Origin: Cycas panzhihuaensis
Taxonomy: Eukaryota; Plantae; Cycadophyta
Assembly: GCA_023213395.1 (NCBI GenBank)
Contig: CM041465.1
Span: 158,045,741 to 158,109,740, forward strand
DNA: 64,000 bases
Reading direction: 5' to 3'
Of this stretch, positions 12,954 through 26,464 are shown in pieces. The notes beneath the pieces are model-generated. The model was not told the origin of the DNA. It searched no databases and saw nothing but the letters and a program-made list of their open reading frames with translations. Numbering within the stretch: position 1 is the stretch's first letter; every line of letters starts with the position of its first letter. Made by a program: the position numbers and the translations under genes.

Positions 12954-15900
12954 TATTACATAACTTATCCCACTAAGTTATGTAAACCACTAGTACACAT
13001 AGAGCTGTCATCAAGTTATAAGATAAGGTTAATTATGGAACTTCATGCATGTGTCGACAAATTGGCCAATGGTATGTAAGGCCGCTATGCCATCTAATAG
13101 AATGTAAGGCCACTTAGGCTGCCAATAGGATTATATGTAGAAGACATTTTTTTGTCTATACAAGGGTTATAAATTGTAAATGATAGTTATCTTGATGTAA
13201 CCTTTTATAAAGATTGTGCTGCGGTGCTCTCTATTTTGGTGATTATTTAGCACTCTAATATTCTTATGAAGCACTTGGTTAATTTATTTGACCCATTTGA
13301 TAGAATGATGTGGTTGTGATTGTCATTTTTTTGCTAGCTCAAAGAGTGCTGGTGAGAAAAAATATCCCAAGTGGTATTAGAGCTGCGTTATGATTGTGAG
13401 AAGCTGCTCAGAAGATCAGATTTTTTTTTTTCCTGTCAGATTGAGTACTCCACCTCTACCCTAGTAGAGATCAAGAAAAGACCTTTGTTTAGTACTCTCT
13501 TCATGGAGATTGAGGAATAGTACTAGGACAATCTAAGAGTTAGGAGAAAATGGGAATTCTTTTCCCAAGTAATGCCAGTACTTTATCCTTCTGTTTTTCA
13601 TCTTGTTTTAATTTCATTTCTGTATTTTAAATTCTGTATTGAATTATAACTCAAGGGTAGATAACTTCGCTGGGCGGCTACCCTTTCTCCCTCCCACCTC
13701 CTTTTCTAGGTAGATAAATCCACTGGGTGACTACCCAAGTAGTCATGTAGGGACCCTGTACTGGGGGTCTTTAAATATCGCAGGGATTTGTCGTTCTAGT
13801 TAAGCGCATAGTGGCTCTTCTGCCCTTTGCATGAAGGACTGGAGTTAACACTCCTAAATTAAGACCTAGATAGAACCTAGCTACAGACGTATGACTCCAC
13901 GTACCTTCAGGTATATAGGAGGACCCCTTTAGGTCCCAATCCCTCCCTAGCATATGCAACTATTGACTGCTGAAGTCTTGTAGTACAGTGGTTAGCGGTT
14001 AGCACCACAAAGCTACCTACCCCAAACTTCTACAGTTTATTGACAGGCCTATAAGACCAAGCACACCTTATCTAGTAGTTGGTAGGATATTTTGGTATAC
14101 ATATTCTGGGTTCAGTCTGTAAGTCACCTCATATTTAAAAAAAAGAAGTTCCTCCTATTGCCTGAACCTAGAACTTGTCAGCATAGTTAGACTCACTACA
14201 AGAAGAAAATTAAAAAAAAAGGAAAGAAAGAAAAAGAAAAAAAAAAGGAGGAGAAAAAGAAAGCAAAAAAAAAAAAAAAATCCACTTAGTTTAGTGAGAA
14301 AATTTACCCTTACAACTATATACTTATTTTGACTAGTACATCATACTGATCAATTTGCATTAGGTTGGTACATACTAGAAAATTTCATATTTTTTAGTAA
14401 CTGGTCACCGGTGGGTCCCATCATCCCCATTTCCCCTACACTTCATATATCCCATTTGAATGATCTTTTCACACTTGTTTGAGAGAACCTGATATCTTGC
14501 TTATGTAAATTCCTTTAGGGTCAATAGGCTATAAACACCCTATAATCTCCTTATTTGCCCCCTTCTCTTTCCCTTAACAACTCCCTTTTTCTTACGTCCT
14601 ATTCTTTCTTGATCTTTCCCACTTCGTTCATTCCCCTTCTTTCTATTTATTCTCGCCTCTTTACTCCCTTTCTCCATAGATCCTCAAAGCAACAGTGATA
14701 AAATCTCAGCACTCGAAGCCCAAGTTATTAATATTCAGGAAAAAATCAAGGAAGATTTTTACCACATGCATGAGGAGGTTAAAAATGAAGTAGCTACCAT
14801 ACAGACAGAAATTAACTCAAGACTGTTAAACCTAGCATTCCATGATGATGTCCAATGGGTACTTTTGAGGTTGAATAACTTTTCTCCTCCGCCACCAGTT
14901 GGCCCTACACAGCAACAACCGTGCCTCCACCTCCACATTAGCAGCAACCAATTTATCACAAGATCGACATACTCACATTTGATCCAGATCTCAACAAGGA
15001 TAATGCACAAAGTTGGATTAGTAAACTAGAGTCCTACTTTACACTCAACCCAATGTCAGTAAATGACCAACTTACATTTGCTTCCATCCACTTAGATGGG
15101 AAGGCACATCATTGGTTTCGATGGTGGAAGTAGGAGTACCCTTCTAGCTAGTCATGGGCACACTTCTCTACCTATTTTTTTGAGTAGTATGAAGATCCTA
15201 GGAACTAATCCTTTTTCACATAACTAACATAATTGGAGTAAGTATCCTCTGTCGAAGTTTACATTGATGAGTTATAATCTTTACGTAATCGGGTTGATCA
15301 ACAACTTGATAAACAGGCAGAGATAGCTACATATGTGTCTGGGCTTAAAGAACGTATCCAAATGCACCTAAAGATAAGTCTCCCTCTCTACTCTAAAAGA
15401 TACAATTAATATGGCTAAAGCAGTAGAAGCAGAGTTTACCGCAGAAAGGCCTCTTCCATTCAGATGAGAGTCCACTTGGCTTTCACGATCTTGATAAGCT
15501 GATATTGCCTAGTCTTGAAGACCACGTCCAACTGACTACTAAGGATCGCACCTATGACTAGAGGAAACCTCATCTACATCTCTCAACCAACACACTGAGG
15601 AACCAACTTCAAAGGCCATACACATCAATCTAGTAGAGGCACAACATCAACGGGAAGTCAATCTATGTATGTAATATTCTAAAAAATAGACCTTTGGTCA
15701 TGGTAGAATCTGCAAAGCTAGGAAGATGGTCTTCATAATTAACCCAGACTTATCTTTAGAAGATGACCTTGAGACTGAGCCCAAATATGATGATGAACCC
15801 TAAGACCACCCTACTAATGAGTTTCCCCAAAACCCAAAACCTAAAGTTTCCCTATTCGCTGTTACCTCCACTACATATCTTGAGCTAGTTTGAGTCAAAG

Positions 15901-18900
15901 GAATGCTTAAAAAAACCCTAATCCCATTTTGATTAACGGTGGCGTGCCACTAAATTTCATCAATATCTTCATTGCTTGACAGTTAAACCTTTGCATAGGA
16001 CCTAAAACAATCTTTACTTGCTTCTTACCTAGTCATCACACCCTTCATTGTGCTGGAATAATTAAAAACCTCACGGTCCACATTGGCTCATATACCCTTG
16101 TCTTTGATTTTTATGCCCTATCCATAGGTGGGTCAGATGTAATTCTTAGTGTACAATGGCTCTAGACTCTATGAACTTACAACACCAATAACTCACCCAC
16201 GACCCCATTCATTATGTTCAAAGATCACATGGGCCACTTACATAACCTTTATGGGATGTAAGCCCCTCCAAACAAAATCATCTCACCCACTCAAATGTGC
16301 CAACAACTTAATGGTAACATAGGATATATCGTTCATCTCAACCATATCCAAGCCCCTTCAGGTATTTACCCTGATATCCAACAAGTATTAGATCGATACC
16401 AATCTGTATTTGCTCCGTTACCTACTAGCCCCCCCACCTGATTGAGGTTGTTACCATATTATTGAGTTATAAAGTTTACATGACTCGATTATGCTTCAAC
16501 CATATATGAACTCCTATTTAAAAAAAAAATGAAATAAAAAAAATCACGAGGGACTTATTGGACATGGGTATCATCCAACTTAGTAAAAGCCTATATGCAA
16601 CACCGATTATTTTAGTTCGTAAAAAAGATGGCTCTTTCTGTCTTTGCATTGACTATCGTGTGCTTAATAAAATCACCATAAAAAATAATTTTCCTATACC
16701 ATGAATTGATGACATGTTAGATGAAATCCATGGTGCTACAATTTTCACCAAACTCAATTTACAGTTGGGATATTACCAAATCCCTATCTTGCTAGAGAAT
16801 CAACATAAAACAACTTTTTGAATCCACCATGGCCACTTTGAGTTCTAAGTCATGCCCTTTGGCCTATGTAATACCTCGACCACCTTTCAAGCCCTCATAA
16901 GTAAGATATTTTCTCCATACCTACGAAAATTTGTCATCGTCTTCTTCGATGATATTCTTATCTATAACACAAACATGCCTGCTCACATCTCGCATCTGGA
17001 AATAATCCTTTAAATCCTAGCTAGGAATAAACTATATACTAAACTCTCCAAATGTGAGTTTGGGAAATCCAAACTACAATACCTTGGTCATATTATATTC
17101 TTTGTAGGGGTTTGGGTGGATCCCAATAAAATCTTTGTCACCGCTAATTAGCTAATCCCAAAAATTGTCTACCTATCAAAAAGAAATGTGGGCCATCCTC
17201 CATGCTATTGACAAATGGTGACATTATTTACTTGGTTCCAAATTTACTATCCTCACTGATCATCATAGCCTTCATCACTTATTAGATTAACCAGTCCTCT
17301 CAGAAGAGTAGGCTAAATGGGTCATCCGCCTCCAAGTTTTTGATTTTATAATCACATATAAAAAGGGGAAAGATAACATTGTGGCAGATGCTCTCTCGAG
17401 GCTACCTTCACCTACTCTTGACGATAGTACCAGTCCTATGGAGGACCCCACCATTTATGTCATTGCTTCCCCACAACCGACATTATATAGGATTTAGCCA
17501 TGGCCAACCAAACCTAACCTGATTTTGCACACTGAGTTAATAAGATCCATACTCATAAGAATTGGTCCATCCATAATAATCTTCTCTTATACCAAAATCA
17601 CACATTCGTACACCCCCACTCAGCTTTTATCTTGCAGATTTTATCAGAATATCATTCTTCCATTCTTGGTGGTCATTCTGGTTTTGATAAAACTTACCGT
17701 GGAATATGTTTTGATTTCTTTTGGCCAGAAATGAAATCTGCCATCCTTACCTTTGTCTTGGAATGCGACACATGCTAGTGTAACAAAGCTAATACAAAAC
17801 CCCAAGCAGGCCTCCTTCAACCATTGCACATCCCACAAGGTAAATGGCAAGATATTGCCATGGACTTTATAACGAGCTTACCACTATCTTCTAGATCTAA
17901 CTTTATTTTAATAGTCATAGACAGGCTTACAAAATATGCCCACTTCTTACCTGTCCACACAACCTATAAAGCTCCACATATCACTGACATTTACATCCAG
18001 ATAATATTTCGTTTATATGGTTTTCCATCCACTATCATCTGTGATCGTGACCCTCCTTCTAGAAGGAGCTAATTCATGCGTCACAAACATCATTCAACAT
18101 GAGTTCAGCATACAATCCACAGACCAATGGCCAATCTGAGGTCCTTAACAAAACTCTAGAGACCTACTTATATTGCTTTGCATCTGACCACCAGTCTAAA
18201 TGGATATCATGGCTAGTCCTAACTGAGGATTGGTACAACTTCTCACCCCATTGAGCCATTGGAATGTCCCCATTCTTGGCTCTCTATGGGTATCTCTTGC
18301 CGTCCTACCATACCTTGGCTACTAACCTCTGCATGACAATAGTATAATAAAAATTGTAGCATATGGACTAAATTCTCCATACCCTTGAATAAAACCTATC
18401 TATGGCCTAGAATCAAATGAAACAATTAGCAGACTGCCACCACTCTAATCGCTCCTTCAACATTAGTGATCTTGTATTCCTTCGTCTCCAACCTTATAAG
18501 CAATAATCCCTTCGCTACCATAAGAACCATAAACTTAGCCCTCGATATTATTGCCCCTATAAAGTCCTTAAATGTATTATGAAGTTGCATATACTCTTGA
18601 CCTTCCTCCCACCACAAACATCTATAATTATTTTCATGTCTCCTATCTTTAGAAGCATCTAAGCAAAACCCATATTTCCCAAATAACCCTTCCAATTATG
18701 GATGAAGAGCAAACCTTATCCATACCTCCAAAATGTATGCTAGCTACTAGACAATGTTGTCTCTATAATCGGTCCATTTCAAAATATTTAATATAGTGGA
18801 TAGGCTGTAACTCTAACGAAGCAACTTGGGAGCCTGATGATTTTATCAAAAAGCATCCACATCTCACATGCCTCAAGGACTTAGCATTTTAGAGGAGCAG

Positions 18901-19319
18901 ACTTGTTACATAACTTATCCCACTAAGTTATATAAACCATTAGTATATAGAGAGTTGTCAGTAGGTTATAAGATAAGGTTAATTATGGAACTTCGTACAT
19001 GTGCCGACAAGCTGGCCAATGGTATGTAAGGCTTCTATGCTGTCTAATAGAATACAAGGCTACTTAGGCTGCCAATAGGATTACATGTAAAAAACCCTCT
19101 TTTGTCTATATAAGGATCATAAATTGTAAATTATGGTTATCTTGATGTAATCTTTTATAAAGATTGTGCTACGGTGCTCTCTATTTTGGTGATCATTTAG
19201 CGCTCTAGTATTCTTGTGAAGCTCTTGGTTAATTTATTTGCCCCATTAGATAGAATGACGTGGTTGTGATTGCCATTTTTTTGCTAGCTTAAAGAGTGCT
19301 GGTGAGAAGAAACGTCCCA
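12954..19319 (+). mobile_element. Ty3/Gypsy chromovirus, decayed
   Basis: LTRs 12954-13369 and 18904-19319 (416 bp, about 90% similar); TSD GATTG; PBS tggtattagagc 13372-13383; purine-rich tract about 18891-18901. Confidence 0.95.
14690..18890 (+). pseudogene. Chromovirus gag-pol (gag, protease, RT, partial RNase H, integrase, chromodomain)
   Basis: RT SPYATPIILVRKKDGSFCLCIDYR and VFFDDIL; integrase WQDIAMDFIT..IDRLTKYAHF; chromodomain YLI*WIG.NSNEATWEP. Confidence 0.9.
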
Positions 19320-22300
19320 GATTGATTATTTATATGTAAGCTAGTAGAACTTGTTTGGGTAGCATTTAATGTATTCAATAATTTTTTAAGCCATATCACC
19401 TCCTTGTTTATCTCAGAAGTAGTAATATATTTAGCTTCAGCATTTGAGTCTACAACTATCTTCTACCATCTAGATCTCTATGATATTAGTGCTATTCCAA
19501 GAAATATTACGTACCTAGACATGGATCTTCCTATGTCTTTATTTTTGGCAAAGTCTGAGTCTATGTATGTATAAAGTTTAAATTCTACATTGGGCTCATA
19601 TAACAGACCATATTTGCTGGTCGTCTTTAGGTACCTCAACACTCGTAATTGTAACTTGCAATATCTGGCTCTATGTTAGTAGTATAGATGAGACTACCTA
19701 CAAGTTACCTATAGAGTATTGTTTCAGCCTCCCTAATGTCACTATCAGCTGAGAGTTTAACATTAAGTTCTATAGGTATAGCCACTGGTCAAACACCTTC
19801 CAACTGAAACTTTGTCAGAAGATCATTGATATATTTTTCTTGGGAGAGAAAGATTTTTCTATTATTTTGAGTTACTTCAATTCCTAAGCAATATTTCATC
19901 AACCCGAGGTTAGATAATTCAAAAGTTTTAACAAGGTCCTTTTTCAGTTGGCTAATTACCTATTCACTATTCCCCGTTATTAGCATATCATCCACAAAGA
20001 TTAAAAGGTAAATGACTTTATCATTTTGGCACTTGATGAATAATGTTGCATCAATATCTTGATAGTCACAAACCTCATATCCAAGTTGCCACATTCTTTC
20101 AGACAACTTGGTAAACTAAGCACAAGGGGCTTGTTTTAAGCTGTATAAGGATTTTCTAAGCCTGTAAACCTTATGCTCTTAACTAATAATCTCATATCCT
20201 TCTAGCTGAGCCATGTAAATTTCTTCTTTAAAGTCCCCATTGAAAAATACAGTCTTAACATCAAGTTGGTGGATTTTCTAACCTTGTTGAGTAGCCAAGG
20301 CTATAAGAGTTATGATTATAGGTCACTTGGTTGTAAAAATAAAGATTTCAGTGTAGTCGATGCTTTCCTTTTATGTGAATCCTTTTGCTACCAACCTTAC
20401 ATTATTTTTTTCTAGGGTGCCATGTGATCTGTACTTGTTTTTGAACACCCATTTATTTTGAACTATCTTTCTTCCAAGTAGTAGATCAACAAGCTCCCAT
20501 GTACCGTTCTTGATAAGAGATTGGTACTCTTTATTCATGACATTTTCCTAAGCTACATGCTTTATAGCTTCTTAGTACGTTAGGGGCTCTTCATTAAGAG
20601 CAAAGTGTAGTTCTACTAGTTTAAGCTTAACAGAAAGTGATTTATGCATCCTTGCTTTATGGGTACTTCTAGTACTAGTTTTACCTACCTCATTTGGTTG
20701 TATGTCCTTGTGTAGTTGGTAGGCTTCACAAAAACCTTGAGTTGGGAATGAGGTTTTCATTTCCACAGCCTCTTAGTTTCATTTTGATCTTGAAAGGGAT
20801 CATATGAAATGTTTGACATGAAGGAAGTTGACGATGTTGGAGAAGATGGGCAAGCCACTGATGTTGGAGAAGGTGGTCCTTCTACTATGGCTTTGCCTTT
20901 GTCAACTTGGCTATTCTATTATGCTGGGAGTCACAACTTGTACCCTCTGGGGCTCTATTATCAGATTCTAAGATTTTGATTAACTATTAAGCATCTCCCC
21001 CTCTAAATTTTGGAATATGGATATCAACTTTAGTAGCATCATTAAATTGGTATGAAGGCATCTTGGAGTAAAGTCTGAGTAATTGATCTTCAGTCTCTAC
21101 AAAGATAACATCTCTAGTGATGATGATTTTATTTTGGGAAGGTAGAAAAACCTTGTATCCCTTTTTGTCCATAGGTTATTCGATAAAGATGCCATTGAGG
21201 GCTTTATCCTAGAGCTTATTTTTATGTTCATCCAGAATGCGAGCATAACAAGTAGAGTCAAAAATTTTGAAGTAGGAGATAGAGGGGATTTGTCCATATC
21301 ACATTTCATGTGGAGAGGGGTCAAATTTGGAGGGACTAACAGTGTTAATACAATACATGGTGGTCCAGATAGCCTCAGCCCAAAGATAGATAATGATGTT
21401 CTTATATACTAGCATAGCACGAGCCATGTTTATGATGGTCCTATTCATATGCTTGGTAACTCTATTTTGCTAGGGTGTACTTACAATAATGGTCTGATAT
21501 TTGATCCCATGCTGATATAGGTATGATTCAAACTTATTGAAGGTGTACTTGCCACTATTGTCAGTGTTGAGTATTTTGATCTTGAATCCATATTTATTTT
21601 CCATGTGGGTCTTGAAAGCTTGAAATATAGAAAAAACTTTATCTTTCTTTGCAAGAAAAGTAACCTATACTTTCTTGGTAAAATCATCAATGAAATTAAT
21701 ATAGTACCAATTCTGTTTGAGAGAAGAGATGGACATAGGACTACATATATCTGAGTGGACAAACTGCAAAGGTTGGCTAGATTTCCACTGATTATGAGGA
21801 AAAGTGTTATCTTTGAGATTTGGCAATGATACAGGCTTTGCATTTGAAGGGCTTAGAGGAGAGCCTAAGCATATTGGGAAGAGTGTGGCATGTAGTTCTC
21901 TTAAATGATCAATTTTGATATGGTCCACATGAGCATGCTATAGGGCCACTTGGGATAACTTTTAAGGAGTCAAGATTGTGGTAAAAGAAGAGTCATAATC
22001 AACATAGTTAGCTTTAGAGGATGGTAAGTGAGTTAGGTAAAAATGTTTGCCATCAAGAATTTTGGGTATAACCACAATATTTGAAGGAGGGTGACTGACA
22101 TAGAGAGTTTTATTATTTGCAGTTATACTCATATCAAATCCACAAGAGATAAGGGTAGATAGGGAGAGTAGGTTCTGCTTCAGAGTAGGAATATATAAAA
22201 CATCAACAAATGGTTCTAGGTCCTTCGACTGGCTGAGATGATTTATCAGCGATGTGTACAACACCATGAGCTTCAAAGTCAAAATCCTAAAAGAACTAGT

Positions 22301-23711
22301 GATGACAAGTCATATGTTGTGTTGCTCTAGTATCCATGATCTAAGATGAAGTATTTAAGGTGGTACTATTTGCAACTCCAAGTGGTAAAGGCAAAAGTGA
22401 ATAAGCATAGCCACAATGAGACTCAATATACTTAGTGGATCTATTAACAACATTTGATGAAGTGGTTCCAATTCTTTGAAGGTGTGCATAAGCAAATTAT
22501 GTTCTATCAAAAGCATCTTCAAAAGAAGTTATCAACATTATGTACACCATAGCGATGTTGATAGCTTGGTAGTTTGTTAGTGGCAATTCTATAATTTTTT
22601 GCATAATGTCCTTTCCTATGATACCTTTGGCATGTAATTATTTGATTTCCAATCCCATAAGAAGTATTGGGCTAGTTGGATTATCTCTGATTGTTGGATC
22701 TGGGTCTAGGTTGATTATTTTGGTCTTAGCATTGAGATTATTTTTATTGGAGTTAAGGAGCTTGTTGACCAAGAGGACATTGTCCTTGTTGTCTATCTTC
22801 GCCTCTTCTGTGAGAATTACCACCTCTACGAGAGTATTGACCTTGATTTTTGGTATAAAAAAGATCTTCTTCCACTTCAAAAGTAGCATTGACTAGATCT
22901 AATATAGTGGCAAAGTTGGTATCAAAGGTCTTATCAAATTCAATAAACTTATCAGTAAGATTCTCAAAGTTTAGGGTCTTCAAAGTGCCACTAGATTGAA
23001 GACTTCCTAGTAGATTTTTGTAATTTGGGGTATGGAGACATGACTGAATCAAGAAAGCCCATGTAATGCATTGAGTTTTGAAATCTTTATCAATGACTTG
23101 CTTGATTAGACGAAGGAGATTGATTATCTCACTTGTATGTCCTTTCTGTATTTTTAATTTGTTCATCTTTAGCACTAAGTGAACAAATTCTAAGTTTGAT
23201 TTAGTATCAAAGTTCTTCTTGAGAACTTCAAGAACTTTCCATGCTATATTATGTACAGCTTCATTAATGATATTATGCAGGAAATAATTAGTGATAAGAA
23301 GTATCCCTACACAAATTTTAACATCATCGTGTTCCCATTGACATTTGGCTATAACTTCAGTGGGAGTAGTTGGAGCACCTCCTCCAAAAGCAATTGTGGT
23401 AGATGTAGTAGTAACAAATGGTGTAAGTTGTAAGTGATATCTCTAAAGACCTTCATACTTTGCAACATTTCTAAAACCAGTGAGCCACATGTCCCAATTT
23501 TTTTTCACTTTAAGAATGTAGTTCACATTTTGCTTCAATTGTGAAGATATGGTGTCTTTTGAGAAAGGAAGAAATAAATAAGGGACTATAAAAGTGATAG
23601 CAATAAATTACCAATCACTGTTTATAAATAAGAGATGCAATGAAGCAGTATAATATAAGACAGAAGAAGTGAGAATGGTTCCTCAAAGATGAAGGGAGTA
23701 ATTTAGAGAAA

Positions 23712-23910
23712 GTCACCAACACTTGTAACAAATATTAATCTGACATAGTAGGAATATGAGAAGCACTATGATTAAAATTATCCATCAACACTTATGGCAA
23801 ATATTAACCTGACGCAGTAGGAATAGAAGAAGTACTATGATGAAAATTGGTCACTAATACTTGTGGCAAATATTAACCTGATGCAGTAGGAATATAAGAA
23901 GCACTATGAT
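23712..23910. repeat. 3 x ~69-bp tandem repeat in Copia B 5' leader
   Basis: Unit: cac(c/t)aacacttgtggcaaatattaacctga..cagtaggaata..agaagcactatgat. Confidence 0.9.
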
Positions 23911-24779
23911 TGTGATTACACAATGGATTACTTTTTACAAATAAGTAAGTGATCAATATATAAGATTGTAGGCCAATATGGAAGCTGACATCATTGGGTG
24001 TGCACAAATTAAAACTCAAATGTAGGATGTGTAATTAACCCAATAACCTCTAACTTGTGTCTGATATGTAGTTGAGGTTATTAAAAGGATGCCTAGGCTT
24101 CTAGTAGAATTAAGTTGGCCTTCACTCGTGATACCCATAATTATGCTTCGTGATAAAATCCAAGTCACAATGGAGCTCAAGTACTCCTAATCCTTACCCA
24201 GTTCACTAATGAGCAACTATATATCTCCTCCGAAGAGTGGTACGTGCATACTCATGACTATGATATATATTAAATTAGGTATATTTTAATCTTGTATTAA
24301 ACTTTTAGTTTTTCCGGTTAGTTATCAGGATGATCCCTGATTGAGGCACGATGTTATGGCTAACAAAACCTTACCAATATTATGGTTTAGTCTAGTCATA
24401 ACTTGAAACCTACACCTCCTTTATAGCATGACATTCTACCAACTAAGGTATCTCAATCTTGGCAAGTATATGAACATGTACAAGATGATGAAAAATAATA
24501 TACATAATGCATTCCTTTTAGGGAGAATGAAAAGATTATCGAATTTACATCAAATATACATATAACTGAAAATAGAGTTTTTGCTTGGAATGTCTTTAGA
24601 TTGCTTACTTGAAGTGATTTTGGAGTTCTAAAACATAACACTGATAAATGAGTAAGGACACTAGATATTGTTATGATCTAGGTGTTCTTTTACTCACTTT
24701 TACAATGGGATTTTAAGCCTTATAAAAGAAGGAAGAAAATTTCTTTTTTTTTTTTTAATAAAAAAAAAAAAGTCTTTAC

Positions 24780-25140
24780 TAAAACAATAATAATGTTCTC
24801 CCACAATAACGAAATTAAATGCCAATTTTTGTACTGTAAACTGGGCTCAAAGCTTCATCTTAAAGAAGTAGAATAAGGTCCAAATGGGTTCTAAAAAAAT
24901 TTTGGTAGTCCCACAAAATTGGTACAATATATTTTTCTAAAATTCTTACTAAAAATAATTATTGTTCATTAAAATAGTAATAACTTTCTCATATGGCAAC
25001 GAAATTAGGTGTCGATTTTTGTGTTAGAAACTAGATTCAGAGTCCCATATTTACTAATTAGAATAAGGTCAATTGGAGCTCTATAGAATATTTGGAAGAC
25101 CTGTGAAGTTTAACATGTAGATTTTAAATTTTTAAAAATT
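24780..25140. repeat. 2 x ~190-bp diverged repeat in Copia B leader
   Basis: ttctc...aacgaaatta..tg.c.atttttgt...tagaataaggtc at 24796 and 24986. Confidence 0.75.
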
Positions 25141-26464
25141 TTAGCTTGCTAATATCTCATCAAAACATGATACCATATGAAATTTCTATCATTTTTTAAT
25201 CACTAGGATCTCAATATGGGCAAGGTGAAGGCATACAATGATGGATATTTTAAATAGATCTAAATTATTTAAGAAAAGTGGGTAGAACGTCCCCTTACAA
25301 TCATTCTTTTAAAAGCCTAAAAAATTTTAACAATATTCCCTTTTATTAAATAGATTAAAAAAGGGAAAATAAAAGAAGAATGAGATAGCATCAATGATTA
25401 TCGAAAGGATTAGAACCCTTGGACCTTACAACTCCTTGTATTGTGCTTCTAAACTTACAAAAGAGAAAGGGAAAGCAAATAATATTAAATATGCTATGAT
25501 AAGAACTTAAAACTATTTCTAAATCTACTTTCATAATCTTCTTCACCACATGGATTACGGGAGAGAAGGAAGTGATGGCTCCATTGCAAGTGCAAGTGAG
25601 GAATATGAAGGAAGAAATCTCTAATACCACATGAAAAGAGTGGATCTATCCTTCATCTCTATGCACTAAACATAAAGGTAAACATAGGAGCAAGAGAGAC
25701 TTGAGAGAAAGAAAGTAGCTTTCACAAAATAGGGAGGTAAAAATGAGTCTCCTCCATTGAGCATTTACTTTTATATTGAGAGAGGGAGCATTAGAGTTAG
25801 GTGAATGAAATTACATATAATGCATATAAAAGTGTATTTCACTTAAGTGATCTAATTTAAAGTGTACTTAAGACCCTTTTTAGAAATAATCAACTAATGT
25901 AATGACCTTGTGACATTAACCCATTTTAAAAATGACCTTGAAAATGATCTTAAATCTCCTTGATGTAGAAGGAAAAGATAATGGTAATGAAGAGATCTAC
26001 TTACTGGTGAATTTTGGTGAAATTTTGAACACTTTAATTTTTTGATGTCCATATGGCTGTATAGTTCTATACTTATCTATACAAATAATTCATTCATCTT
26101 CTGTTCACTTGACAATTAATGAATTCTTCTTTGATGTCTTATATTCGTTTGAAAATTAATATTTTCTTTTTTAATTTTTAATAGTTAATATCTTCCTTAT
26201 TATCACAGATAACCCTGTCCTCCTTCAATAGGAAATCTCTTCTCATATAGGTAGATTAACCTGCATTGATACTGTGTTAACATTCACACTTAATATGGGA
26301 GGGTTTAACACTTTTAAATATACACCAAGTAGTTATAACTATTATATGTCTAGTTGACACTTGTCAAACACAAGGTACATTTATATAGAAAGGGTTTTTA
26401 ACATGACCCTTAAGTTTCCTAGTAATAATATATTACAACGAATGATAAAATATTACATCTTGAT

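Larger units (their letters stand above)
12710..23550 (-). pseudogene. Copia B gag-pol (19325-23550 plus 12710-12953)
   Basis: Zn-knuckle relic about 22600-22640, protease IMDTRATQHM, integrase FVHSDICSP..FIDDF, RT QLDVKTVFFNGDFKEEIY and FVDDML, RNase H LHINN|QSIIQMAKN..RTKHI..QVADIF split by the Gypsy insertion. Confidence 0.9.
12005..25928 (-). mobile_element. Full-length decayed Copia B
   Basis: LTRs 12005-12301 and 25632-25928 (about 89% similar); TSD AAAAT (12000-12004, 25929-25933); tRNA-iMet PBS (ctctaatacca, 25619-25629); PPT about 12303-12313. Confidence 0.95.
7575..26060 (-). mobile_element. Decayed Copia A: gag-pol 7575-11620; leader split by Copia B and resuming at 25934
   Basis: Minus strand has gag KLTETNYHM*KIK, protease FNGSKHMT, GAG-pre-integrase LWHLKYRH, integrase, RT VYVDDMILTG and RNase H CDNQSAMKLTKN..HHFIREK. 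No 3' LTR; 5' LTR not recognised. Confidence 0.85.

Noticed and set aside
18830-18845. CTGATGA as a hammerhead ribozyme core (also about 832, 31361, 51340)
   Set aside because: No flanking stems with a correctly placed GAAA were seen.
26275-26464. TG-starting segment as the 5' end of D's LTR
   Set aside because: It does not align with 29707-29980 and has no matching TSD.
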